This document shows, one piece after another, positions 34,631 through 44,805 of a stretch of DNA of 48,346 bases (within the stretch, counting starts at the first letter, position 1; each line of letters begins with the position of its first letter). A program made the position numbers and the translations under genes. The DNA is taken from NCBI GenBank assembly GCA_051305895.1, contig JBPPME010000105.1:1-48346 (forward strand), written 5' to 3'. The notes below the pieces were generated by a model, which saw nothing but the letters and a program-made list of their open reading frames with translations, was not told the origin of the DNA and made no database searches. Source of the DNA: Candidatus Saccharimonadales bacterium (GTDB taxonomy: Bacteria; Patescibacteriota; Saccharimonadia; Saccharimonadales; Saccharimonadaceae).

Positions 34631-35031
34631 GGGGCTGATATAGCTTTCGACAGATGGAATTTAACAGATTATTTTGCAGGTCGTATCACTGACGTAATCA
34701 GTATTTTTAATTGCAACAACTAAATTGCAAAGTGCTGTAGCATACGCTAAAGAGCTTTTTACTCCTCGCGCGCTCGCACTACAAACTGCCTAGTATTTGG
34801 CGGTCGTATTTACCCAGACGCCTACTATGGGTGAATGCGCTATATCAGAAGGCTAGAATATGAATGTTATCGTGACGTATGTATTCGAATTACTTTCACG
34901 ATTCACTACGCAGAGCATCTTTGTTTGATTCTTTAGCTTCGCAGGTGATAAAATAATTGAAACGAACTATGCCTGTAGACGAATAATCAGTTACCGTTTG
35001 GACGCGGGGGCAGTACCCGCCAGCTCCACCA
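34631..35031 (+). ncRNA. ssrA: Transfer-messenger RNA (tmRNA)
   Basis: The 5' GGGGCTGATATAGCTTTCGACAG pairs with the 3' ...GGACGCGGGGGCAGTACCCGCCAGCTCCACCA, forming a tRNA-Ala-like acceptor/T arm with a G-U pair and CCA. TGtTATAGT lies at 34605-34613, 17 nt upstream. A candidate tag ORF runs 34713-34793. Confidence 0.92.
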
Positions 35032-35041
35032 AGATGATCTC

Positions 35042-35068
35042 AAAAATCACCCTATAGGGTGATTTTTT
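35042..35068 (+). terminator. Intrinsic terminator of ssrA
   Basis: aaaaatcaccc-tata-gggtgattttt followed by a T run. Confidence 0.7.
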
Positions 35069-35093
35069 ATTGTCTTCAATTTCAAAATGCTGC

Positions 35094-35129
35094 ATAAAAA
35101 AACAACCGCCTGCGAGGAACGGTTGTTTT
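35094..35129. terminator. Second terminator-like hairpin flanked by A and T runs
   Basis: aaaaaaacaaccg-cctgcgaggaa-cggttgtttta. Confidence 0.45.
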
Positions 35130-36014
35130 ATGTGGAGTTTTTTGAATTCTTTTTGTTTTTGGCTCCTGGATAACTTTTTTATTCAAGAACTACCCCTATA
35201 ATAGGGCTTAAAAACGCTTAAGTCAATACTATTTTTCAAAATTATTTGTATAAAAAATGGCATATGTTTTCGATGCTTTGTTGGCCGCTACATATAGTGT
35301 CTATACCCATAAAGTGGGCGACAGCAGACACAATGAACGGCCTATGTCATGAATATAATCGGCTGTATATTGAGTCTGACATGCTTGATTTTTGTATATA
35401 AAGGCATGGAGAATTGGGGGTTTAGGTCGCTTTGTTTTTCCAGGTTAACTAACTTTCTCATGGCTGCCGAACGTATTTGTCCACGGTATGACAATACATT
35501 CGGCAGCGGGCCAACGAGAAACTAGGGAGCAACATAATGTGATGGGCTACGCAGAGCGTTACTATTTTGTTAAGCGATTTTGCAGTCGGCTTAGGCTTAG
35601 GTTGTTACCGGAATAATATCGCTGGGTAGGCACGTGGATGCTGCTGGGGGTGCTATGACTACTTGGTGTGTATACGATGCGAGATAACTTTATACAACAT
35701 AGCAGTTTCGTCAGCATAGCAAATTATGTACATGGTTTTATGTCCTATGTCATGAAAGATGTTTGTGATGTGAGCATGGGACACATTTGATGCTCGTTTC
35801 TGCAGTTGAGTGAATTGGCGTAGGTTGTACTTATGGTTATTATCATTGCGTAGGTTTAAGTACCACCAAAATAATGAAGCTAGAGTGATAATAGTAAGCT
35901 GCATAAATAGTTTGTAGCTAATATAACAACTCAATAATAAATATATTAGATATATATTAACAGATACAATTTTAATGTTGTTAACATAACCTCTATAAAA
36001 TACATCAGTATGTA

Positions 36015-36043
36015 TTGACCAAACATGCTACTTGTGCTAATGT
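36015..36043 (+). promoter_or_regulatory. Orphan sigma70-type promoter (TTGACC-17-TGcTAATGT) in ORF-free DNA, facing the ATPase module
   Basis: It has the same -35 hexamer and spacing as the rRNA promoter at 47777. The nearest plausible start codons are 280 nt (36324) and 457 nt (36501) downstream. Confidence 0.45.
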
Positions 36044-36323
36044 TAAGACAAGCTTTTACAAACACAAAAAGCAAAAAAACACATTAACAATTATAACTGA
36101 CTGTACGATCCGCACCTTTGACGTACAATCGATATCATCACAGTATGGGTAAACAACAATATACATACATCTTGTATGCATACGCACCTTTAATACTTAT
36201 GCGAAATTGATGATGGTATCGATGCTCCGCCAAAAGCGTTGAGCGCGCATAGAATCAGTACCTATGCACTGAGTTAAACCTTGATATCCTTTCAAAAGAT
36301 AGCAGCGTAACTACTCAGTGCAT

Positions 36324-36488
36324 ATGAGGAACATTCAGTGCAAGTGGATGCCCCAGCAACTGCTGGAGCGGTCAGTCGCCTCGAGCGATAGGTTGTTATG
36401 GAAGCACGCGCCCTATTATTTGTTTACAGCGGCGGTTGTCGCAACCGTAACGTATAGACTTATCGCTCAGGCTCTCTTGAAAAAATGA
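36324..36488 (+). CDS. Possible 54-aa small membrane protein (below the ORF-track cutoff)
   Basis: MRNIQCKWMPQQLLERSVASSDRLLWKHAPYYLFTAAVVATVTYRLIAQALLKK has one hydrophobic helix. Its ATG abuts the 3' arm of a 12-bp perfect inverted repeat. There is no clear SD. Confidence 0.25.
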   Translation: MRNIQCKWMPQQLLERSVASSDRLLWKHAPYYLFTAAVVATVTYRLIAQALLKK

Positions 36489-36500
36489 TATAGTATAGAT

Positions 36501-36887
36501 ATGATAAGCAAGGTGATTGGTAGTATCACAGTGGCAGCAGTAGTGCTGCTTTTTCTTGTTTTAAATACAACTTCACCTTCTAGTGCAGGACCAGTCGGCA
36601 TTTTGGCCGTCTTTTTTTTGTTGTATATTTCGCTTACTGGACTCCTCACCAGTGTTGTCGTCATTATGAATAGGATAGTTGTTAAAATATCATCATCTGT
36701 TAGAACACGTAAACCGATAGGACAGCTATCATGGAGACGGGCATACTATATCGCTTCAGTTGTAGCACTTGGGCCGGTAATGCTGATTGGCATGGGCTCT
36801 GTCGGTAGGGCAGGTATGGCAGAGTTATTACTGGTGACCATTTTTGTGTGTATCGGATTGTTTTATGTCGAAAAAAGGTCGCGGTAG
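36501..36887 (+). CDS. Polytopic (about 4 TM) membrane protein, unknown function
   Basis: Hydrophobicity pattern only. TGaTATAGT lies 6 nt upstream of the ATG. Confidence 0.5.
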   Translation: MISKVIGSITVAAVVLLFLVLNTTSPSSAGPVGILAVFFLLYISLTGLLTSVVVIMNRIVVKISSSVRTRKPIGQLSWRRAYYIASVVALGPVMLIGMGSVGRAGMAELLLVTIFVCIGLFYVEKRSR

Positions 36888-36927
36888 AGAATAAATATTC
36901 TGAATCGATTATGCTATAATTACAGAT

Positions 36928-37347
36928 ATGGAACCGAAATCTCCCGAAAGCTCAGCTGATCAGCTTCCAACCCCGATTGAATTCACGCCAATTTCTCCTG
37001 AAGTTGGCCAGGCTCAATACGAGTCAACACCTGAGCGTCCTACGCGCTCCCCGGAACAAGGGCAAGAGTTACATAATGCCACGACTGTAGCCGCGCCAAT
37101 TCAAACTGCACAGATAGCGGCACCCATCGTATCTGCGACCCAGGCAGTTGCGAGGATTACGGCTGTAGATGACAATCCGTCAGCAGCCGCTGACGAAGAT
37201 CTTATCGAGAAGGAATGGGTAGATAAAGCGAAGCAAATCATCTCAACGACAAAACAGGATCCATACAGACAAGAGCGAGAGGTAGGGAGACTACAGGCCG
37301 ACTATCTCAAGAAGCGGTATGGTAAGGAGCTGGGGAGCTCATCCTAG
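36928..37347 (+). CDS. Hypothetical protein with a Pro/Ala/Thr-rich disordered N-half and a helical C-terminal domain
   Basis: TGcTATAAT lies 7 nt upstream of the ATG. The C-terminus reads DLIEKEWVDKAKQIISTTKQDPYRQEREVGRLQADYLKKRYG. No family recognised. Confidence 0.5.
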   Translation: MEPKSPESSADQLPTPIEFTPISPEVGQAQYESTPERPTRSPEQGQELHNATTVAAPIQTAQIAAPIVSATQAVARITAVDDNPSAAADEDLIEKEWVDKAKQIISTTKQDPYRQEREVGRLQADYLKKRYGKELGSSS

Positions 37348-37356
37348 GGGCGAGGC

Positions 37357-40158
37357 ATGGAAGGGGGTCTCGTAGTAGGCGTAGTGGGAGTCGCAGCGCT
37401 ACTTGTTGGTGCGGGCTTTTTTATCTATAGCCAATATCAGAAGACACTTCGTGAAGCGAAGAATTATGAACGTGGGCTAAAGATGGTACCGATGATCATC
37501 CATCTTCCTCCAGAAAGTGATGATATAGATGGTGGCGGGCGTGACCAACGCGACTTGACGGAAGAAATCCTGTCGCAGGCCGAGGTGATGTATAACGTAA
37601 TTGCTAGCACGGCAACAAAAGGATTCAAAGCGAAGATTTACGGACAGCGTCATATCTCATTTGAGATCGTTGCTCGTGATGGACTGGTATATTACTATGC
37701 AGTAGTTCCGATTGTGCTCGTAGACATTGTGAAGCAGGCGATCGCTGCAGCATACCCATCGGCTAGGCTTGAGGAGGTCGAAGAACATAACATCTTTAGC
37801 GAGGTCGGCAAGATTAGTGGTACTATCGGTGGTGAATTTACCCTCAAGAAGGAAGCATACTATCCAATCGCAACATATCAGGAGTCGAAGCGTGATGCCT
37901 CGCGGGCACTATTGAATGCTCTTTCCTCAGCGGGCAGAGAAGACGGTATCGGTATTCAAATCCTTCTGCGTCCAGCTGGAGAGGGATGGGTGAAGCGTTC
38001 AATTGGCGAAGCGGAGCGAATCACGAAGGACAAGGGCAAAAAGACCGGTCTGGCTGGCGTACTTGCACCAAAGGATGTCATGGAAGCTCTTTGGAGACCG
38101 CCGGAAAGTGGTGATGCGAAAGATAAGCCCGAGGACAAGCAGCTGACTACACTTGAAAAGCAGAAGGTGGAGGCAATCGAAGATAAGACACGTTATCCTG
38201 GCTATGAAACATTGATTCGCGTCGTTGTTTCATCTAATACCGCTGCTCGGTCACAGGCATTGATGTCCAACGTCGTGTCGGCTTTTTCGCTGTTTGATTC
38301 TCCGTCAAACAATGGTTTCAAATTTGCACTCTCGAAAAATATCGAAGAGCTTGTCACGGCGTATATTTTTCGCTTTTTCCCGCAGAGTGTTACAGAGAAC
38401 GTGCTCAACACTGTTGAGCTAGCGACACTCTTCCATCTACCAGATCAAAAGAGTATTCCAACATCGCAAGTACAACGACAGCAGAGTAAGCAAGTCGATG
38501 GCCCGACCGAAGTTATGGAAGAGGGAGTGCTGCTAGGCTATAACGAATTTCGTGGCGTGAAGAAGCCAATCAGACTCGGGACGAATGATCGCCGACGTCA
38601 TACATATATCATCGGACAGACGGGTACGGGTAAGTCAGTTCTGCTCGAAAACCTAGCGTACCAGGATATGATGGATGGTCGTGGCTTCGCTTTCGTCGAT
38701 CCGCATGGCGACTCGGTGGAGCATTTACTCGGTCAGGTACCAAAAGAGCGCGTTGAGGATGTTATTTACTTCAATCCTGGTGATATGGAGAATCCGATCG
38801 GACTTAATATGTTTGAGTTTGATCATCCTGACCAAAAGGACTTCTTAGTGCAAGAGTCTATCAATATGCTATACGGACTCTATGACCCGGGACACACGGG
38901 TATCGTTGGCCCACGCCTTGAGCATATTTTCCGTAACTGTGCGCTGCTCCTCATGTCCGATCCTGCGGGCGGTACATTTATTGACATTCCAAAGCTGTTG
39001 ATCGACCAGGAGTTTATGAAGAGTAAGCTGAAGTATGTGACTGATCAGACAGTATTAGATTTCTGGACGAAGGAATTTCCTGCCTCGCAACGATCCAACG
39101 AAGCGGGTGAGGTCATCTCGTGGGTAGTCTCGAAATTTGGTCCGTTTATTAGTAACGATGCCATGCGTAATATCATCGGTCAGACGAAGAGTGGCTTCAA
39201 CCTCCGAGACATCATGGACAACAAGAAAATTTTGCTGGTGAATCTATCAAAGGGTAAGATGGGTGAACTCAATTCGAAGTTACTTGGTATCATCTTCGTG
39301 ATGAAATTCCAAGCTGCTGCCATGGGTCGTGCGAATGTGCTGGAAGAGCAGCGTGAGGACTTCTCGTTGTTTGTCGATGAGTTTCAGAATTTCGCGACCG
39401 ATAGCTTTGAGTCTATCCTTTCTGAGGCACGAAAGTATCGCCTTAATCTTGTTCTGGGTAACCAGTTCATGACGCAACTGACAGATAAGATTCGTGAGGC
39501 AATCATCGGTAACGTCGGTACGGTTGTGGCGGGGCGTATCGGTATCACAGACGCAGAAATATTAGTTAAGAAGTTCACACCAACATTCGATACGGAGGAT
39601 CTGACAAAGATGCCAAACCATCAGTCGATCACCAGCGTAATGATCAATAACGTACCTTCAGCACCATTTAGCATGTCTTGGATTGCACCAATGGGTGAGC
39701 CGAACATGCAACTAACTGATGCGCTCAAGCGTCTCTCTGCGGCCAAGTATGGACGTCCTCGTGGGATGGTTGAGAAAGAGATTTTCGACCGCCTAGGAGC
39801 TGCCGAAAAAGAGAAAAAGCAACGACTCGAAGACCTACGGGGTCGTGCTAATGCTAGCTCCCAGCCAACAGCAACGACTAGTTCTAGTGCACCGAAGTCG
39901 CCAGGGTCATCAGGTTCATCATTCCTCGATGATTGGCTCGCGAAGCGGCAGCAACTTGGTGCCTCGCAGCCGCCGGTAGTACGTTCTCTAGCTCCACCGA
40001 TTACTCCAGATGTGGTACGGCAAAAAGCGCCTTCAGCGCCATTGGTTCCATCTAAATCTCAAACACCTTCACCTGTATCGGAAGATACAGAAGATCGTTT
40101 GCATATACGTGGCAACGAGCAGTCGAGTAATGATGGAGTGACGCTCAAGATTCGTTAA
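37357..40158 (+). CDS. Membrane-anchored VirD4/TraG/TraD-like (type IV coupling-protein-like) P-loop ATPase with a novel N-domain and a Ser/Pro-rich tail
   Basis: Domain order: N-terminal TM; an uncharacterised domain of about 350 aa; Walker A IIGQTGTGKSVLLENL; FAFVDPHGD; Walker B FSLFVDEFQNFAT; RKYRLNLVLGNQFMTQL, which is like the T4CP Qs..QL block; and about 100 aa of low-complexity S/P/A tail. Confidence 0.7.
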   Translation: MEGGLVVGVVGVAALLVGAGFFIYSQYQKTLREAKNYERGLKMVPMIIHLPPESDDIDGGGRDQRDLTEEILSQAEVMYNVIASTATKGFKAKIYGQRHISFEIVARDGLVYYYAVVPIVLVDIVKQAIAAAYPSARLEEVEEHNIFSEVGKISGTIGGEFTLKKEAYYPIATYQESKRDASRALLNALSSAGREDGIGIQILLRPAGEGWVKRSIGEAERITKDKGKKTGLAGVLAPKDVMEALWRPPESGDAKDKPEDKQLTTLEKQKVEAIEDKTRYPGYETLIRVVVSSNTAARSQALMSNVVSAFSLFDSPSNNGFKFALSKNIEELVTAYIFRFFPQSVTENVLNTVELATLFHLPDQKSIPTSQVQRQQSKQVDGPTEVMEEGVLLGYNEFRGVKKPIRLGTNDRRRHTYIIGQTGTGKSVLLENLAYQDMMDGRGFAFVDPHGDSVEHLLGQVPKERVEDVIYFNPGDMENPIGLNMFEFDHPDQKDFLVQESINMLYGLYDPGHTGIVGPRLEHIFRNCALLLMSDPAGGTFIDIPKLLIDQEFMKSKLKYVTDQTVLDFWTKEFPASQRSNEAGEVISWVVSKFGPFISNDAMRNIIGQTKSGFNLRDIMDNKKILLVNLSKGKMGELNSKLLGIIFVMKFQAAAMGRANVLEEQREDFSLFVDEFQNFATDSFESILSEARKYRLNLVLGNQFMTQLTDKIREAIIGNVGTVVAGRIGITDAEILVKKFTPTFDTEDLTKMPNHQSITSVMINNVPSAPFSMSWIAPMGEPNMQLTDALKRLSAAKYGRPRGMVEKEIFDRLGAAEKEKKQRLEDLRGRANASSQPTATTSSSAPKSPGSSGSSFLDDWLAKRQQLGASQPPVVRSLAPPITPDVVRQKAPSAPLVPSKSQTPSPVSEDTEDRLHIRGNEQSSNDGVTLKIR

Positions 40159-40190
40159 GCTGTATAAATCGCAGGGGTGATCAAGGAGAT

Positions 40191-40766
40191 TTATCGTTTG
40201 CCGGTGATCATGATACGAGTAAAGTCAACGATGATACCGATGAGCCATCCGAGTATGAAAGCCCCAATGGTTTCAAATCCTGAGAGAGGATAGCCGTCAT
40301 GGCGAGCCCAGAGGTATAGTCCTAGCGTTGCAAGTGCAGCAAAGAACGATCCTAGTAGGATGGCATTTGGACGGGCGATGGTAGCGCCGATTGCTTCACT
40401 GGCTCTTTCGACAGGAGCAACATGGATTAGTTTACTAAATGCACGGCTTGGTACTGACATTTGGGACTGAACATGTTTCATTTCGCGTTTAAAGTTAGCG
40501 TTGCGTGCAGCTTTAGTATTATTGGTGCGATGATGACTACGTTTTTCAGCAGGGGAAGACTCTTGGTGGACTTCCTTCTTTTCCTTTTCGGTTTTATTGA
40601 TGGCTTCAAGCGCTTCGTACTTCGCCTGTTCGGCATTTGCCCGGTGTCCCTTTTCAGCATTGCGCCCACGTTCGGAAGCGAGGCGCTCTCGCTCGGCTTT
40701 GCTTGTGTGTTCTAATGTCTCACTATTGATATGTTCACCAGAGTTGTTGATTAGTCGTTCTGCCAT
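40191..40766 (-). CDS. Hypothetical protein: highly charged Lys/Glu/Arg-rich N-half plus two C-terminal TM helices
   Basis: Composition and hydrophobicity only. It lies directly downstream of, and is co-oriented with, the LPXTG protein gene. Confidence 0.5.
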   Translation of the reverse strand: MAERLINNSGEHINSETLEHTSKAERERLASERGRNAEKGHRANAEQAKYEALEAINKTEKEKKEVHQESSPAEKRSHHRTNNTKAARNANFKREMKHVQSQMSVPSRAFSKLIHVAPVERASEAIGATIARPNAILLGSFFAALATLGLYLWARHDGYPLSGFETIGAFILGWLIGIIVDFTRIMITGKR

Positions 40767-40787
40767 AAATCCCCACCTTTATTCTTA

Positions 40788-42644
40788 CTAAATTACACCT
40801 AGAGTCACATCACGACGAATGAGACGGACTTCTTTACCGAGCTGACGGGAGCGAGCGTAGAAGTAGACGACGACTGCGAAGAGTATGACGGCGAATGCCA
40901 TATTTTCACCAGGCCCGGTCGTCGGTAACTCTGAGACCGCTTGTTCAACGATAACTTTCTCAGGAGGGCAGGCAATTGTGATGTCGACTGAGTTGCCGAA
41001 AGTATTCGTCATGTGACAGTCAAATGACGAGGCATCACTTGTACCGGTATTGGTAGTTGGAATTGTTTTGAGTACGCGAATGACGAATGTGCGTGTCTGC
41101 TTCATCTTTGGTGCGACTTCGACTTCTGGCCATATCAACTCCTTGGTAGCTTGATTGAAGGTACCACCGCCCATGTCAATGACTTGAGCATACTGCAGGA
41201 TGTCACCGAGTGACTCTGTAAGACTGACTTTTTTGCCGGTCAGTCCGACGTTTTCCATATTGATGGTGTAGCTGATACGATCACTAGCTTTTGCTGGCAC
41301 CGTGCTTGCATCAACGTTACCTTGGCTGATGTTGTTCGAGGTCTTCGTGCTTATAAATTCAGGGGCACACTCGACATCTTTAATCCAAATTTCTGGGTTA
41401 CTAGGACAAGGCTGGCAATCTGGATGATTTGGAGTCAGCGCTGGATTATATGCACAAACGGCCGGATCTGCGACGGTGAATTGTTTTACACAGTCCTGAG
41501 GATCAGTCTTATCACCAAGGCTGGTGGCGACTGCTAGCCGAGCGGTATATTTACCGGGGCTCTTGAGGGTGACCGCGTCGGCCTCAGTAGAGAGTTCGTT
41601 GGTCGCAACTGAGCGTGTCGCTACCGTTTTGCCGCTCTCATCAGTGACAGCAAACGTATATTTGCTGACCGTTGCGCCACCATTTGTAGTAACTGCACCG
41701 CTCATATCGATATTGGTGTGGTTCGTAATAATGACGCCGAGCCGGCTACAGACTGCCACTGGTGTCCGAGGAGGTGCTGCGATGGTAAAATTTGCACTAC
41801 AATCAGCGTCTCGTTGTACGCCAACTGTTGTATCCACGCGGACACCAACTTTGTAGACACCAACTTTCGATTGATTGTAGGTATAGCTTGCCGACTCAGC
41901 GCCACTGGCAAATTCTTTGGTATGGATGGCTGTGCCTGAGGCATTCCTTACGACGAAGGTATATGATTTAATCTTCGCGCCACCAGGTACGTCTGCTTTT
42001 GCGTCGAATCGCACACGAGTACGATCAACCAGAGTAGGATTGAGATTACTACAGCTTGCGGTAGGTAGTTTGTCTTCTGGTGGTCGTTTTTTGGTAATGA
42101 GGTTACCGCAGTCCATCTTGATAGCAAACCAACCGAACTTTGCTGAGTGTCCAATAAAGACCGGGTATGGTGCACGTCCTTCTTGTGTGAGCGCCATTGG
42201 GCGGTGGTAGACCGTCTTCGATGAACCGTCCGCATGGTAATAGGTGTAGGCGCGTTGACCTTGAGCATTACTGTAAAGACTAGTCATGGACCAGTTGTAG
42301 AAGCCATCTTTGCCAACGGTGCCGGATTTTGCTGCGGCGATTTCAGCACGTGTGATACCGAGTGAATTGAATAGCCCCTTGATGTCGTGGCCATTGTTAT
42401 CGTATGCCTTGAGGAATTCATCGACACTGCTGACGCCGCCACTAACGAAGTCAGCGGGGCTCGAGGCGTTAGCCGCTTCTGGTGGCTGAAAGACAGCGAA
42501 TGATTGTACGATAAGAGCGAATGCAGTAAAAATAAGTCCTAAACGACGAGTTACCTGCTCTCTGCGGAGACGTTTCGCATAAAAGCTCAGCTGTCCGACG
42601 AGAGCGGGACTAAACGCGAGGTTTGACACAATTTTGCGAAACAT
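40788..42644 (-). CDS. Sortase-substrate (LPXTG-type) cell-surface protein with Ig-like / DUF11-like repeats
   Basis: It has an N-terminal signal/TM (LGLIFTAFALIVQSFAVF). Repeated beta-rich segments carry paired Cys. The C-terminal sorting signal is LPTTGPGE plus the hydrophobic stretch MAFAVILFAVVVYFY plus ARSRQ. Confidence 0.75.
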   Translation of the reverse strand: MFRKIVSNLAFSPALVGQLSFYAKRLRREQVTRRLGLIFTAFALIVQSFAVFQPPEAANASSPADFVSGGVSSVDEFLKAYDNNGHDIKGLFNSLGITRAEIAAAKSGTVGKDGFYNWSMTSLYSNAQGQRAYTYYHADGSSKTVYHRPMALTQEGRAPYPVFIGHSAKFGWFAIKMDCGNLITKKRPPEDKLPTASCSNLNPTLVDRTRVRFDAKADVPGGAKIKSYTFVVRNASGTAIHTKEFASGAESASYTYNQSKVGVYKVGVRVDTTVGVQRDADCSANFTIAAPPRTPVAVCSRLGVIITNHTNIDMSGAVTTNGGATVSKYTFAVTDESGKTVATRSVATNELSTEADAVTLKSPGKYTARLAVATSLGDKTDPQDCVKQFTVADPAVCAYNPALTPNHPDCQPCPSNPEIWIKDVECAPEFISTKTSNNISQGNVDASTVPAKASDRISYTINMENVGLTGKKVSLTESLGDILQYAQVIDMGGGTFNQATKELIWPEVEVAPKMKQTRTFVIRVLKTIPTTNTGTSDASSFDCHMTNTFGNSVDITIACPPEKVIVEQAVSELPTTGPGENMAFAVILFAVVVYFYARSRQLGKEVRLIRRDVTLGVI

Positions 42645-42788
42645 GGCCTTGTTCCTTTTTGATTTTTGTTATTTTGACTTAATTTTTACTGTCAATGCAT
42701 AGACTTTTCTCTAGACTAGCATAAGTATTGTGTTCAACGCAATAACTTGAGTGAATACAAATAATCCGATATAATGTGTGTAGTGTAA

Positions 42789-44795
<2,007 letters not shown>

Positions 44796-44805
44796 GACGG
44801 GAATT

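Noticed and set aside
35042-35068. The ssrA terminator stem (CACCCTATAGGGTG) shares the ACCCTATAGGG core with the CsoR operator at 2801-2823. A third look-alike, TACCCCTATAATAGGGCT, lies at 35191-35208. This could mean extra CsoR sites.
   Set aside because: The first is fully explained as a canonical intrinsic terminator with flanking A and T runs. The second has only one good half-site and overlaps a TATAAT-like sequence. No metal-related gene is nearby. The resemblance is probably coincidental, though a genome-wide operator scan could revisit this.
35659-35934. 91-aa ORF (minus strand) in the ssrA downstream gap, and 66-aa ORF (34143-34343, minus strand) upstream of ssrA.
   Set aside because: The first has a TTG start, no promoter-like or SD signals, and Cys/His/Ile-rich odd composition. 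Both are treated as chance ORFs in AT-rich DNA, although the first has one hydrophobic segment.
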